A stretch of DNA of 64,000 nt, from assembly GCF_009914755.1 (NCBI RefSeq), contig NC_060927.1; one strand, given 5' to 3'. The position numbers were made by a program, and so were the translations under genes. Source of the DNA: the human T2T-CHM13v2.0 reference genome, Homo sapiens. Shown here one piece after another: positions 30,811 to 45,003 of the stretch; position 1 is the stretch's first letter; the number at the start of each line of letters is the position of its first letter. The notes beneath the pieces were generated by a model that made no database searches, had not been told where the DNA came from, and worked only from the letters and a program-made list of their open reading frames with translations.

Positions 30811-32721
30811 AGTAAGAAAAAGATTGGATTAAAATCTGGTGAATACCTGTGGCTAAAAGAAGGAAAAAAAAAGAAAACAAGAGAATGTATGATCCTGAGT
30901 TGGCAAAAATCCTCCAGAGAGAGAATGCACTACATTAACTTATTCAAAGGGGAAAAGTTTCAGTTAAGGATATAAATAAACAGAAGTAGTTTTTGTAATG
31001 CAGAGTAATTTGATATTTTGACACTTTGTACAAGTAGGAGTGAGACTTTTCTATATTATTAATCTCTAATGTGAAACTGGGTGGAGTTGACACTTGCAGC
31101 CACAAATATATCAACATAACTCATTTTTACGTGCTCACCTGTCACCCACCTTGACCTCTCCAGTATGACCCAGGACAGGTTATTAACCTCAGAGTCTTTA
31201 GTGATAAATCAAGGGAGTTGGTTTTCATCTCTAAGGTCTCTCTCAGCTTTAGCGTACCAGCCAAAACTCCATGGGCTATTAAGTGTGTACAAAATTGATG
31301 TGCCTTATAAATTAGAAAGATTTATATTTTATTGGAAAAGTCACATATGAAAATGCTTTGGTTAATTCTTCCATGTGATCCTAACATTTTGGTTATTTGA
31401 TTTGAAAGCTTCACCTGTGTTTAAAAAGAATTAATTTAGTGTCGCTGTGTCAAGCACCAGTCTAGGTCCTGGGAATCCAGCAGTTAACAAGGTGCAGCAT
31501 TGTCTTTGCCTCAAAGCATGCATGCAGTTTTGTGGGGAAGGCAGACATTGCCCAAATCTTTCTTCTCTCTTGAAATAAGTACCAAGGTAACATGTAGGGG
31601 ACTGTAGGAGCATTTAACAGATGTGAGCCCATTTTTGAGGCTCTCAGAGGAAACTTTAATTTTTTTTCAATCTCATTTAAGCTGTTTCTCCTGGAACATG
31701 TGTCTAAGTAATGTTTTTCTGTTCTTGGTTTATAAACTTTGGACAATATATATTGACCTCTGGTAGATGAGCACTCAGCTATTTTATACCCTTCCACATC
31801 TCATTACTCATCCAGCCAAAATAATCATTATAAATGGAAGATTAAATAAACCTGTAGATTTCTATGAATATTTAGCTGTTGTTTTCTGCTAAGCCAAGTG
31901 CTGTACTATGGTTACTTTCTTTGTGTGATATTTTGTTTTTCATGGAGTAAATTACCTTGTTTTTCATTTGCTTATTGCTGCTACTTCTAGGATGCACAAA
32001 TACATTTATAAAACCACTTTCAGTGCTTTTTTCTACATCATTAAATCACATCTACCAGTTTACCCCATGACTTCCAAGACCTTTCTCTTGGTCTCTGTGT
32101 CTTCCTGTAATTTGTATCATCTAGTAGTTCCCAAGCTTGCTGTATTGATCTCTCTACTACTCAGCCCTATGTAAGACCACCTATTTTTGGACTTCACGTA
32201 TTCCTCTTTCTTGGTTAACTCCTCCTTTTGTTGGCATATATCTAACAAACAAGGGTACATGTTAGATATTTTTTTTGTCTTTGCACTTCTGAAAATACAT
32301 TTTTCTACTCTAGTAAATGATAGTTTGGGTATAAATTTATAGACTCAAAATTACTTGCACTCAGATTTCTGAAGACATTTCTCTATTAGTCTTCTCTTTA
32401 ATTCTGGATTGTTGAGAAATCTGAGGCTAGTACGATTTCTGGACCTATTTTTGTGATTCATTTTTTCTTTGTGAATTTTGAAATCTCTCTTCAGTGTAGA
32501 CTCTACAAATGCACAGTAATGTACCTTGCACAGTGCCTTTTAAATTCATTTTGCTGGACAGTTGGCAGGCTCTTTCACTTGAGAGGCTTATATCTTAACG
32601 ATTTAGAATGGAGAGTTTGGCTCAAGCTCCCTGTGTGTGGTCTGTGCTTTCTATACTTTTATTCTTGGTATTCCAGAGTCTGGAGGCTTCTCTTTTTAAA
32701 AATTGCTAGGCTCCTGCCAAA

Positions 32722-33283
32722 TGTTATAATTTGGGGATGTGAGTTCACTAAGAAATCAACTGACAAGAGGCAGATTAATAGGAGAAATGACATCGAAATT
32801 TATTAGCATGCAGGGGGAAAAAATTGATTACCAAATATCCCAGTAGGGTAGAGATGCTTATATACCCCACCTCTTAAGAGAGAGGGAAGTGGATGATTTT
32901 AGGGGAATAGTAAATACTTTTTATGGGAACTCACTGGGCTTGAAGAACATAACAAAGGCCTGGGACAAAGTCTGTTGGGCCCACAGAACAGACAGTGGTT
33001 TATGACAAAAGTCTGTTGAGATGTTATGACAGACTTCAGTCTTTCTTCTTGTAATATGATTCAGTTAATGAAAACTAGGGAAGGGACTAGAGGTAATTGT
33101 TTTTTTCTTTGATGGGTCCAAACTTTAAGCAGATAAGAGAACTTCAGAGAACAGAACTTCATTCTGTGCTTTGGGAGAGACAGAGGATCAAAGACAAAAG
33201 ACGAAGGTGGGATTCAGAGAGACCTTGAGGCTGCTCAGTTCAGCATGTCAAAGTGCCATATTTTGGGGTATGGGATTCTGAGT
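32722..33283 (-). mobile_element. ERV1 solo LTR (MER34/MER39/LTR48 group)
   Basis: AAATCAACTGACAAGAGGCAGATTAATAGGAGAAA...TTTATT (reverse poly(A) region), CTTATATA (reverse TATA), CAGCATGTCAAAGTGCCATATTTTGGGGTAT (reverse 5' end). Confidence 0.75.
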
Positions 33284-33295
33284 TTTTATCTATTC

Positions 33296-33527
33296 TTTTT
33301 TGTAAAAGAATTATTGATACATAATTATTGTACTGTTTATGAAGTGAGTATATGATATTTTGTTACATTCATGCAATGTGTAATGATCAAATCAGGGTTT
33401 TTAGTATATCACTTCAGCTTAGCACTTCACTGTTAGAGTGGGGGGGATTACCGTTAACAATAGTATACTTTAAAATAGCTAGAAGATAACATTTGAAATG
33501 TTCCCGACACAAAGAAACGATAAAAGT
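33296..33527 (-). mobile_element. Short L1MA 3' end with an inverted 5' part
   Basis: Minus-strand terminal segment 33296-33413 followed by the plus-strand preceding segment 33448-33527; TSD-like TTTTATCTATTCT / TTTTATTTATTCT. Confidence 0.7.
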
Positions 33528-33823
33528 TTTATTTATTCTAAATTATATTTCTTCCTGTTTTTCTCTCCTTCAAAAATCTCATCTGTCCTGAATGCTGTTA
33601 TTCTTCGTCTTTTTTTTTAACCTGATAGCTTATTTCCTCTTATTAATTGCTTTACCATCGTTTCCATGGGACAGAGTTAAACATGTGTTCACCTATATGC
33701 TTTTGCTAGAAATAGCTAGAAAATCTTTGCAATTATCATTGTTGCCAAACTTTTTAATTCTTTGAGTATAAATTGAACTCCATAACCTAACCTCTCAATG
33801 ATGGCTATGAGGAAATAATTGCT

Positions 33824-35465
33824 TGCTCGTTGATAGGAAGAATCGATATTGTGAAAATGGCCATACTGACCAAAGTAATTTATAGATTCAATGCTATTGC
33901 CATCAAGCTACCATTGACTTTCTTCACAGAATTAGAAAAAAAATACTTTAAATTTCATGTGGAACCAAAAAAAAAAAAAAAAAGAGCCCATATAGCCAAG
34001 ACAATCCTAAGGAAAAAGAAGAAAGCTGGAGGTATCATGCTACCTGACTTCAAACCATATTAGAAGGCTACAGTAACCAAAACAGCATGGTACTGGCACC
34101 AAAACAGATACATAGACCAATGGAACAGAACAGAGGCCTCATAAATAATGCCACACATCTACAACCATCTGATCATTCACAAACCTGACAAAAACAAGCA
34201 ATGGGGAAAAGATTCCCTATTTAATAAATGGTTTTGGGAAAACTGGCTAGCCACATGCAGAAAACTGAAACTGGACCCCTTCCTTACACTGTGTACAAAA
34301 ATTAACTCAAGATGGATTAAAGACTTAAATGTAAGACCTAAAACCATAAAAACCCTAAAAGAAAACCTAAGCAATACCATTCAGGACATAGACATGGACA
34401 AAGACTTCCTGACTAAAACACCAAAAGCAATGGCAACAAAAGCCAAAATTGACAAATGGGATCTAATTAAACTAAAGAGCTTCTGCACAGCAAAAGAAAC
34501 TATCATCAGAGTGAACAGGCAACCTACAGGATGGGAGAAATTTTTGCAATCTATCCATCTGACAATGGGCTAATATCCAGAATCTACAAAGAACTCAAAC
34601 AAATTTACAAGAAAAAAACAACCCCATCAAAAAGTGCACAAAGGATATGAAGAGACACTTCTCAAAAGAAGACATTTATGCGGCCAATGAGCATATGAAA
34701 AAAAGCTCATCATCACTGGTCATTAGAGAAATGCAAATCAAAACCACAATGAGATACCATCTCACATGTTAGAATGGCGATCATTAAAACATCAGGAAAC
34801 AAGAGATACTGGAGAGGATGTGGAGAAATAGGAATGCTTTTACAATGTTGGTGGGAGTGTAAATTAGGTTAACCATTGTGGAAGACAGTGTGGCGATTCC
34901 TCAAGGACCTAGAACTGGAAATACCATTTGACCCAGCAATCCCATTACTGGGTATATACCCAAAGGATTATAAATCATTCTGCTATAAAGACACATGCAC
35001 ACGTATGTTTATTGCAGCACTGTACACAATAGCAAAGACTTGGAACCAACCCAAATGCCCATCAATGATAGACTGGATAAAGAAAATGTGGCACATATAC
35101 ACCGTGGAATACTATACAGCCATAAAAAAGATGAGTTCATGTTCTTTGCAGGGACATGAATGAAGCTAGAAACCATCATTCTCAGCAAACTATCACAAGA
35201 ACAGAAAACCAAACACCACGTGTTCTTACTCATAAGTGGGAGTTGAACAATGAGAACACATGGACACAGGGAGGGGAACATCACACACTAGAGCCTGTTG
35301 TCGGGTTGTCAGGGGGTGTCTAGGGGAGGGATAGCATTAGGAGAAATACCTAATGTGATGACAGGTTGATGGGTTCAGCAAACCACCATGGCACGTGTAC
35401 ACCTATGTAACAAACCTGCATGTTCTGGACATGTATCCCAGAACTTCAAAGTATAATAATAAAAA
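33824..35465 (+). mobile_element. 5'-truncated L1PA (L1PA7-like), sense to CRYBG3
   Basis: ORF2p peptides in ORFs 33830, 34148 and 34876; 3' UTR CTAGGGGAGGGATAGCATTAGGAGAAATACC; TSD AAWAATTGCT. Confidence 0.95.
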
Positions 35466-35501
35466 AAATTGCTAAAAGATTACAAAACAGAGGTTTTTCG
35501 C

Positions 35502-35903
35502 TGTCATAGTCTGTGTTCTGTGCTATAAAGGAATACCTGAGGGTGGGTAGTTTATAAAGAAAAGGGATTTATTTGGCTCAGGATTCTGATGGCTAGAATG
35601 TTAAGATTGGGCATCTGCATCTGATGAGGGTGTCAAGCTGCTTCCACTCATGGTGGAAGGTACAGGAATCACTTGGGAAGAAAGGAAACAAGGGGTCAGG
35701 ATGTGCCAGGTTCTTTTTAACAGCCAGTTTTCCTGGAACTAACAGAGTGAAAAATCACTCACCACCACTCCAGGGAGGGCATTAATCTATTCCTAAGGGA
35801 TTCACCCCCATGACCCAAACACCTCCTATTGGGCCCCACCTCCAACACTGGGGGTTGAATTTCAACATGAACTTTGGAGGGGACAGACATCCAAACCATA
35901 GCA
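35502..35903 (-). mobile_element. MaLR solo LTR (MSTB-like)
   Basis: TG...CA ends; GCTATAAAGGAATACCTGAG, CCCCCATGACCCAAACACCTCC, CATCCAAACCATAGCA. Confidence 0.88.
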
Positions 35904-38900
35904 CTTGCATACTTATAAAATCAGATATGCTTTATAAGTGCTGATTTCACGTAAGCTGTTGGCACAAAAATATAACCCATTGTAATAGGCAGAATTCCAA
36001 GATGGACCCTAGTACAGTTATAGAAAACAGTTAAGGAAAAATATTTTCTATGTTCTTTATGACAAACAATACAAATGGCAATGTCAGAAGTGACATGAAA
36101 ATGGTATTTGGGTGGTCTCACCAATATTTGTTTTATGTAATTTTTAGAAGATATATTAGAAATTTTTACCTTTCATATTAAAATGTATACAAAAGTGGTT
36201 TCTACCTCAGTGGCAGATCATAAATTTCTTGTAACTACTATGCTTCTTATGACAAAGAATGAAATGTTTTGAATTTGATGTTTTAATAACTGGGGACAAA
36301 TTAGGTGAGATGTAAACTCTCTTGCCTTTTATTGTCTTGTCAAAGCACAAAGGAGCATTCACAGGATGGAAGGATGGCATTGTGCTTTTTATCAGTAAAA
36401 GCTGAAAATGTGAACTGTAATTATGGTGTTTCATTGTTCTAAGTAGGCAAATAAAAAATTTTTGGCAATGTTGCATATATTATGATGCAAAGGAATTAAC
36501 ATTAGGTAATATTTGCAGTATTTGTATTTTGTTATTTAATTGCTTGCATTTTTTGCACTCACTTGTTTTTGCTTTCTTTTTCATCAACTATGCTACTTTG
36601 TATTTTTTCTCTTTTTGATAGTAATATTTGCTTTTACAAAACAGGTATAAAATTATAAGAGGACGAAAAAGCAAAAGCACACTCATAACCCTACCCACTC
36701 AGAAACATATATCATTCTTTCAAATGATTCCCTATGGGTGTGTCTAAATATGTCTTCATGTCTAAATATTTTTATAAAAGTAAAAGTTCTTCTTCAAGAG
36801 TTTGGAACTTGAATTTTTTTCACTTAACAATAGTGCTCTAACATTTCTGACAATAATGCGTATATTTATATGTTGTAAAAATAATTTAAAATATAATTAT
36901 TAGAACAACTTAGTCGTGTCATCACTTTTCAGAATCTTGTTTGCATGTCTAAATGTGTCTCTACTTACATAGGGTTGTATTCTAATGGGGAGGGCAGAAA
37001 ATATATAGATTAATATATAATATGCTTTGAAGTAAAAATAAAATGGGGAGGGACTCACCATAATGGAAGTGGTGAGTCTAGGTAGGGTGGATATGAAAGG
37101 TGTCTCTATTGGGTAGCATTTGAGCAAAGACCCAGATGATATCCGGGAGTTGGGCATGAGCAAGTCTGAGGAAAGAACTTTCTGGGCAGAAGGAACATTC
37201 ACTTAGAAGGTCCTGGGGCACAATCATGTGGCACAGATGCCAGTGTGGACAGAGACACAGAATTAGAGGAGGAGTGGGTGTTAGTAACATGGTGTTAGTT
37301 CATAGTAAGGAGTTGAAATGAAATGATGAGTTTACTTTTGGAAAGTATCACTGGGCATGTGTTTATATGTGTGTGTAAATGTGTTTTTATATCCACACAT
37401 ATATTATCTGTTTATCTGTGTCTGGAAGAATTTACAGAGGAGGAAGGATTTCAGTTGGGGGGGAGGTCAGCCAAGGTCAGATTCTGGGGAGCTCTGTGAG
37501 GGCACAGTCTTGGGTCTCCAGTGCGCTGTCTTCAGGACAATTTGTTGAATGATATGTGAATGAATGCTCCATTTTAGAAAGCAGCTAAAATACTGTTGTG
37601 AGTTCACATCACAGCGAGGGATTCAGGGTATTGAATCTTGTGGGGGTGAGTCAAACATTCAGAATCTGAAGGTTATGAGGTGGACGGAGAACTTGGGGAG
37701 AATGGAACAGTCATTCACAACACATGTACTGTAGACAGCTCAGGCACACCTCAGACGTACTGAGATTCTCACTCTGCAGCCTGTGATTTAACTGTAATTA
37801 TGGGTCTTATTTTGGGGGCGTGAGTTGGGGAACAGGAAATAAGTCAGCCTCAAGGTAGATACATAAATTATAGGAGAGGACTGACCTTATAGAGAAAAGG
37901 AGTGTCAGAAGTCTCAGACTGTGAAGCAACAGAGCCTCATAATCATGCCTACCTTTCCTCTCTCCTCCTGATTTTTCTCTAGAGTTTTGAAATCATTCAA
38001 CTGCCAGATGTTTGGGCTAAAATACATACTGTTTGAGTGCCTTAAAATTGCAGCTTTTAGTTACCTTTTAATTTGAAGCCCAGAAATAGTGCCATAACCA
38101 CCTGTTTTATATTCCGTTAATAGCCATTAAAAAAAATACAAGTACCACTCTTCTGCTGGCAGACACCATTTGTGAATGGACAGTTTTCCAGATGGTGGTT
38201 TGGAAATCATTGGTGTGGAACTCTGTCTTTTTCCCCATAGCATTGGACCTGCCGGATGGGACTCCAGGCCAGTGCACGAAAGTCAATTTAATCCATAATG
38301 TATCTGCAGTATAGCTTTGAGCAAAGAAAATTATAGAACTTGTCACGTGAGGCTGTGTTTCTAAGAAAAATATCCCAAGGGTAATGTAGATCCCATGGCT
38401 TGAGCAGACCCTTTGGGAGGGTGTGAGGATGAAGTCCTTGCTGTATTTAAGGGCCTAAAGGAGGGCTGAGAGGTGGAATCTGAGGGAATAGAGGGCAGGC
38501 CCAGAGCGAGCCTCAGTAATTTTGAAATAAGGGACGGTAGACATTTCTGCCTCTTTGTTATAATGCCCTCATACTAGTTTTGGTCTAAGTTGGTTTCTTG
38601 GCCATAGTCTTTCTCATCTTTTACCAGAAAAGCCTCAAGGTTGGTCTACCTGTTTTTTTTCCCACTCATTCTTCTGTTGTAGAACACAGCAATGTGGGAT
38701 TTTAGATCTGACAGAGATCTCATATCAGCTGGTCTGAACCTTTTTAATTTACATAGTTGTAAAATCAGATCCAAAAACGTTCATTTTGACTGAAGTGCAT
38801 TTTGTCCTCAAGGTGCTGTCTCTGAAACAGACAAAAGTTCATTCTGAGTTGTTGCAAAGCATTTTACTACTTATGACAGTGGGAGAGGGAGTGGATAGGT

Positions 38901-40127
38901 AAAGATCTCATCTTGTTCTGCATTATTTTTCATTTAATCCAAGGGAAAGTCTCACCTGGAAGACTGGGGTATTATTTGATCACATTTTAAGGGAAGGATA
39001 GATTCTGGTTACTTTTAGGACTTCATCACGGGAGTTGGGTCAGGTGGGCTCTGTGGTGAGGAGGAACATGCCAGGAAGGAAAGGCCTAATGAAGCTGAGG
39101 TAGAAGGGGAGGTGCTGGTGAGTGGACCAGGCTTCTGGAACCAGCAAGTTTTACAGTAGTTGGGGAAGATAAACTAATGGGGAGATTTGCCCTGATTCTT
39201 TTTCCCTGTTCTCAACAGTATTGCTGATTCTTCTACTGTAGACCACAGCTCATGTAGTAGAAGTGAAAATCTCAAGTGGGAGGATAATTTCAGGCGGCAT
39301 CAGTTTTGAGCGGGGTTGGAAACAAAGGAGAGAAGGTAAATTGGCTCTGGAAGTGGAGAAATGTCCCTGTGGACAGAGGGTTGGGGTGTGCTGTTTAGAT
39401 GTAAGGGCATTCCCAAATTAGGGAATACTTTATGTTAAGTGACCTCATATTTGGGGGTACTCTGAATTGCTGCCAGTGATGGCATTAGCACCAAAGATCG
39501 CTTCCTCTCTCGAAATGGCAAGAATTCATAGACTCTGGCATCCATAAAGAGGTAAGCAAGCCTCTAGAAGACGCTTATGGAAGCTGTATCAAGTCTTTAC
39601 CATTTCCAGATTTTCCTGATGCAGTCACAGTTATGTATGAAAGAAAGGCATAGGAGGAGGAGGTGCCCAACAGGTGCATTACAGGAGGGGAGGAGAGCTT
39701 TACTCTCCCTTACTGTGCCTCACCCCTCTCCACTGAGTGTACCCTTTGTTTCTGTGAGTCTGTCCTGTGGCCATCCAAGAAGGTGCTTTCTTACCTCATG
39801 AGAAATTGACTCTGAAAGAGGCCCAGAAGCTTCCCTTGTGCTCCAGTCTGTGGTATGGACTGAAAAAAGGGGATTTTTTTCCTTCCAGGTCCCACCCTGT
39901 ACTTTCAGTGCTGTATGTGCTCATTAGGGCAACACCTCTTTTCTGGATCGAGAAGCTTTGCTGAACGGCAGTGTTGGAAAATGGGTAGTGTTTTCTAAAT
40001 AATTGTTACCTAATCTTTAGCCACACTTAACATCTTTAAATAATAAGTGGAGATTCTCCTGGTCAGATTTTTTTCTTCCCTCTACAGCTATCAGTTGTTG
40101 ATGTCAGCTAAAGATAGAGAGGCTCTC

Positions 40128-40322
40128 AGACCATTGTTTATCAAGAATGGGGTCAGAGGGCCACCTGCATTAGAACAATCTGGGGTAAAGGGTGATTTGT
40201 AGCTCAAAATATAGATTCCTGGGCCCCGTTCCAATTGGATTCCTTGACAGTCGGGCCCAGAAATCTGTTTGAGAAACATAGATGCCTCAGGTGATTCTGA
40301 TGCATATAGACATGAGTTCTGA
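40128..40322. mobile_element. MER5-family MITE, followed by an L2 3' end (40330-40430)
   Basis: AGATTCCTGGGCCCC...GGGCCCAGAAATCTG internal symmetry and CAGGTGATTCTGATGCA. Confidence 0.75.
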
Positions 40323-41390
40323 AAGAATGAGGGCAAGGACCTTGTCTGGTTTGTACATTGTGCAACCCCCAGCACCAAGAACGGTGCCTGACACATGTGT
40401 GCACTGCTAGTTTGTTGAGTGGGTGAGTGAGTTCTTGGGCCCAGTTTTCCACTGCTTATCTGCTATTGGTTAGGGAATCTTGTTATAATTTAATTTTAAG
40501 AAAATAATATCTCTTAAGTGACAGGTTAGGAGCTCTCCTTTATGTAAATTATTTGAAATTTAGAAGGTTAAAGTGATCCTTTTTTTTCCATTGCTTATGA
40601 AAAATATTTTGTCTGGCACAGAGTCACACAAAGGCTAAATGGCTGTATGTTGGATTCGTTTTCAGCCATGGTCCAAATAAAGTTGCTTGAAAAATGAGGA
40701 GCTTTTATGTTACATTGACCTTCATATTTGAGCTATTTTGAAAGATTGATTCTTAAAGTTCTGTTAGCTAAGATGAGGCTATTTAGAAATGTAAGGTGGT
40801 TTTATTTGTGCGTACATGTGATTTTGAATTCTGCTCTTCACCCCCTGCCATGAATAAAATGTGTGCTTTCTAAAAATATTCCTAATTGAAATACCCTGGG
40901 TCCCAAAGGGGGTTAAATTGTGAGCAAACAATAGGAACAGATTGTGGTCTCTCATGAAGCTTGAGGTGAACATGGTTCTCTTTCCTTGGTATTTATTTTT
41001 TAAGAGACTGAAAATATCACCCCAAGCCTTTTGAGTCCTTTTTATTTTATTTATTTTATTTTATATTTGTACTAAGCAAACATCTGAGTATTCACTGTTT
41101 TTGAGTATATGTAGCTACTGTGTTCTCATTTTTTAATGTTTTGTTTTATTTTTAAATCAACTGAAAATGACCTTGTTCTTGTTGAGTAATTTTTTCCCAC
41201 CAGCTCCACTCCCTACTTAATGGTTTTAGAGAAGTATGTTGTAGGATAGGAATGGCTGGCATATTCTTTCAAGAGACTTATATGCTCCTCCTTAAGAAAA
41301 AAAGACTGATGTTATAATTATATTGTTCCCAATGTAACAGTGTTTTCTGATGAAGGTAAGCAGGCGCAAATGGAAATATGGTTATAGATT

Positions 41391-41619
41391 TTTTTTTTTC
41401 TTTTGAGACAGGGTCTCACTCTATCACCCAGGTGGAGTACAGTGGCGTCCTGAATAGCTGGGACTACAAACACGTACCACCATGCCCAGCCCCCTTTTTT
41501 TTTTTTGTCAAGACAAGGTTGCCATGTTGCCCTGTCTGGTCTCGAACTCTTAATCTTAAGCCATCTGCCTGCCTTGGCCTCCCAAAGTATTGGGATTACA
41601 GGCCACACCGCACCTGGCC
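41391..41619 (-). mobile_element. AluJ with an internal deletion
   Basis: Perfect TSD TGGTTATAGATT; GTACAGTGGCG is joined directly to TCCTGAATAGCTGGG. Confidence 0.9.
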
Positions 41620-42921
41620 TGGTTATAGATTATTTTTTAAAATTTGTCTAACAAATAACTATTTGAGTGCGTTCGTGGTGCCAGGCGGGGTGCCAGGCTC
41701 TGGGATCTTCTGAATTAATAAGTTTATATTCTCGTTGGGAAGATGAAAAACTAGCTGTTAATGATAAAGAGTGGCAAATATGTGGGAGGTATTGCTGCAT
41801 GCAGTGAGAGCACAAAAAATACAAGTAAAACCAGAACTAAGCTGTAAAGGATTTAGAGTTGATTAGGGTGGGGAAGGATGTTGCAAGCAGCAGAATAAAG
41901 TGATTTGTAGGAGTGTAAACTTTTGTGTATTCTAGTAATGTCAAGTGGTTCTGGGTAACAGTTGTATCAGGAGTTAGGGCATGAATAATGTTATCCATGC
42001 TAAGAATGTTTCATGTAGAAAAGTGTTGAAATTTTAATAAAAGGAATGATTTTTATCAGTCAACCAAAATTTTAAAATATGTTGTTTGCATTAAAACTCA
42101 ACACATTTTAAAATTTTGGTTTAGCAATAAGAATCATGCAACTTAAAGGATGTAAGTGAGAATTTTAAGAAATATCAAGTAATATTTCTTTTGGTGATTT
42201 TAACTTAAATTCTTCCATTGTTTGCTCAGTACTTAACGTGCTGATTTACTGCTGTGTTTTTCTGGAATTTGTGTGTGTGTTTGTAGTTTGTATTTGGAAG
42301 TAATTACAGCTATTTGAAAAGACTGAGTTCTGCCATAATCTCATGAACTTAGCTGTATTTTCTGGAGAGCTTTTATATTAGAAAAGAAACTTACCGTTTT
42401 CATTTACAGTCTTAGGCAGTATGTTTATAGAAAACCCTGTAAACACACCAAATAAAGCAGAATTTCAGCAATCTTGAAGCATGAACTAGGAGACTAAAAT
42501 TAGATGTTGTATGTTTAAGTAGTTTTTAGGTAGATCATTCAAAATAGATTGTAGTTAGAGAATTCACTTGTCAAGGTCAGCATTATTCTTAATTATACCC
42601 CAAATCTTTATAACATGATCTTTTTACATGTATTTGCCAGTTTGTTTTTGTTAATTTGAGCTTAAATAGACCAAAATCAATTCACGTTTACTTTAAAAAA
42701 AACTGAATTGTAAACAGCCTTTTGGCAAAAGATAAAGACTAGTAAAATAGAAAAAAAGAGATAAGAATTTATTCACTTTTAAAGAAGCAATTATGAGAAA
42801 TTCTTATTTTATACATTTGTACGGGTTACAATTCTGTATTGTACAATATTTTCTATTGTTTTATTCCTGATTTTGTTCCTGAATTGTCCCACAGAATTTT
42901 TTATGTGTTTAACACACAGCT

Positions 42922-43096
42922 CATATATGTGTGTATATATGTATATATGTATATATGTATATGTATATATGTGTGTATATACATATATGTATATATGTGT
43001 ATACACATATATGTACATATAGGTGCGTACACCTATATGTATATATATGTGTATATACGCATATATATATGTATATATGCGTATATATATGTATAT
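42922..43096. repeat. Alternating purine-pyrimidine (TA/TG/CA) tract with an internal quasi-palindrome
   Basis: Direct reading. Confidence 0.95.
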
Positions 43097-44019
43097 TCTT
43101 TTTCTGTTGACATTTAGAAGCTTTAAGGATCTGTTTAGCGGTATCCGTTTGGTCCATGTGTTTCTGCATGGAGTCTTGGACTTAATGACATTTTAATCCA
43201 TTGTATTTTCCAGGTGTTCATGATTTATTTTTTGTTTCCATTTTTTGACCATGACCATTTGTTTCTTGGATACTGTGCGTAATAACATAGACTTTTATGG
43301 ATAGAAAATCTAAATGGCATAAATCGTGTCCTCTCTTTCCATCTGATCCGCTTTGGGACGGCCTTTATTTGATCAGAGCTATTGATACTTCCTCCTCTCC
43401 GGGCCTTCCACCACCAGTGACCACTATTCGACATCTGGCCCACTCTCAGTCATCCTCCTGCTTACGCTTGTCCCCTCCTTGAAGACTTCCCACTGCATGT
43501 AGGACAAAGGTCAAATTTCATAACGGGTCAGCCCTGGTCTTCATAGTCTGGTATTCACTAATTTTTGGTCTCAGTCTCATCCCTTGGAGGATTACCTCTG
43601 TCCTTCGCAAGCTCTGTGCTCCAGACTTATATTAAAAGCAAACAAATAAAACTTGGTTTTCAGAAAATGCCCGATTCTCTATTACCACCTGCTTTTGCAC
43701 CTCCTCTGAGGGTACTTTACTGAGTAGGCAGAATTGGTTGCTCCTTATTTCTTTTATGCTTCGTAGCATTTTGTTCATTTAGCAGTTATAACTCTTATGA
43801 AACTGTATTGTTAAGGTTTATGTATTAGTCTCTCTAACTAGACTGAGTTTTGCAAAGAACCTGACGTGCTCATTTTTATATCCTTAAGGCTAAGCAGAAT
43901 CCTTGGCATATGGTAGAGAGTCAGTCATCTTTAGAGTGAAGCTACTTAATTTGTCTAGTATTATGAAAGTATGAAAACAGGATAATGTTTGAACAGAGAT
44001 ATAAATATTTAGTTCTGGA

Positions 44020-44309
<290 letters not shown>

Positions 44310-44901
44310 TCTTAAATGTGTCTTGGGAAAGTAGTTTATAATGACATCCCAAAAGGCATCTGAGGAGGTATTCCAGACTAAAGACAGTTAGAAGTAACTA
44401 TTTGGGAAATCAGATTTTAAGGTGCCATCTGGAATACGTTTGGGGCTAGATAAACCTACATCTATTTTTGAGTATTCCCAGAATTCACTAGATGGACCTA
44501 TATGTTTATAGTGATTTGCTGAATAGAAATGCATTCTGTTCCAAATAACACCCAGCATGGGCATTAAAAAAAGATCTGGCTATGGGGAACCTTCACATAA
44601 ATAATATCTTAGAGTGCTAGCACTTGCCAGTGTTATGAAAGTAATACACAGGTGCTCTTTTGTTCAGATATATCATTACTGTGATGTTGATTATCTGTGT
44701 AAGAAAATATGAGGCACAATGAGTTCACACAAATATCTGAAGACTAGATGAACATTTTTGAATGCATTTTTTGAATTTAGAGATTCAAATCAATATATCC
44801 TTGGTATAACATGGTGTATCAATCTTTGAGCATTGCAGATAAAGGACCTTTCAGTTTGAGTTTAAATACAGAAAACTTTTAGTTTCGTAATTTTCTTTTA
44901 A

Positions 44902-45003
<102 letters not shown>

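Noticed and set aside
42809-43169. Tyr/Ile/His-rich ORFs
   Set aside because: Translation of the TA/TG microsatellite
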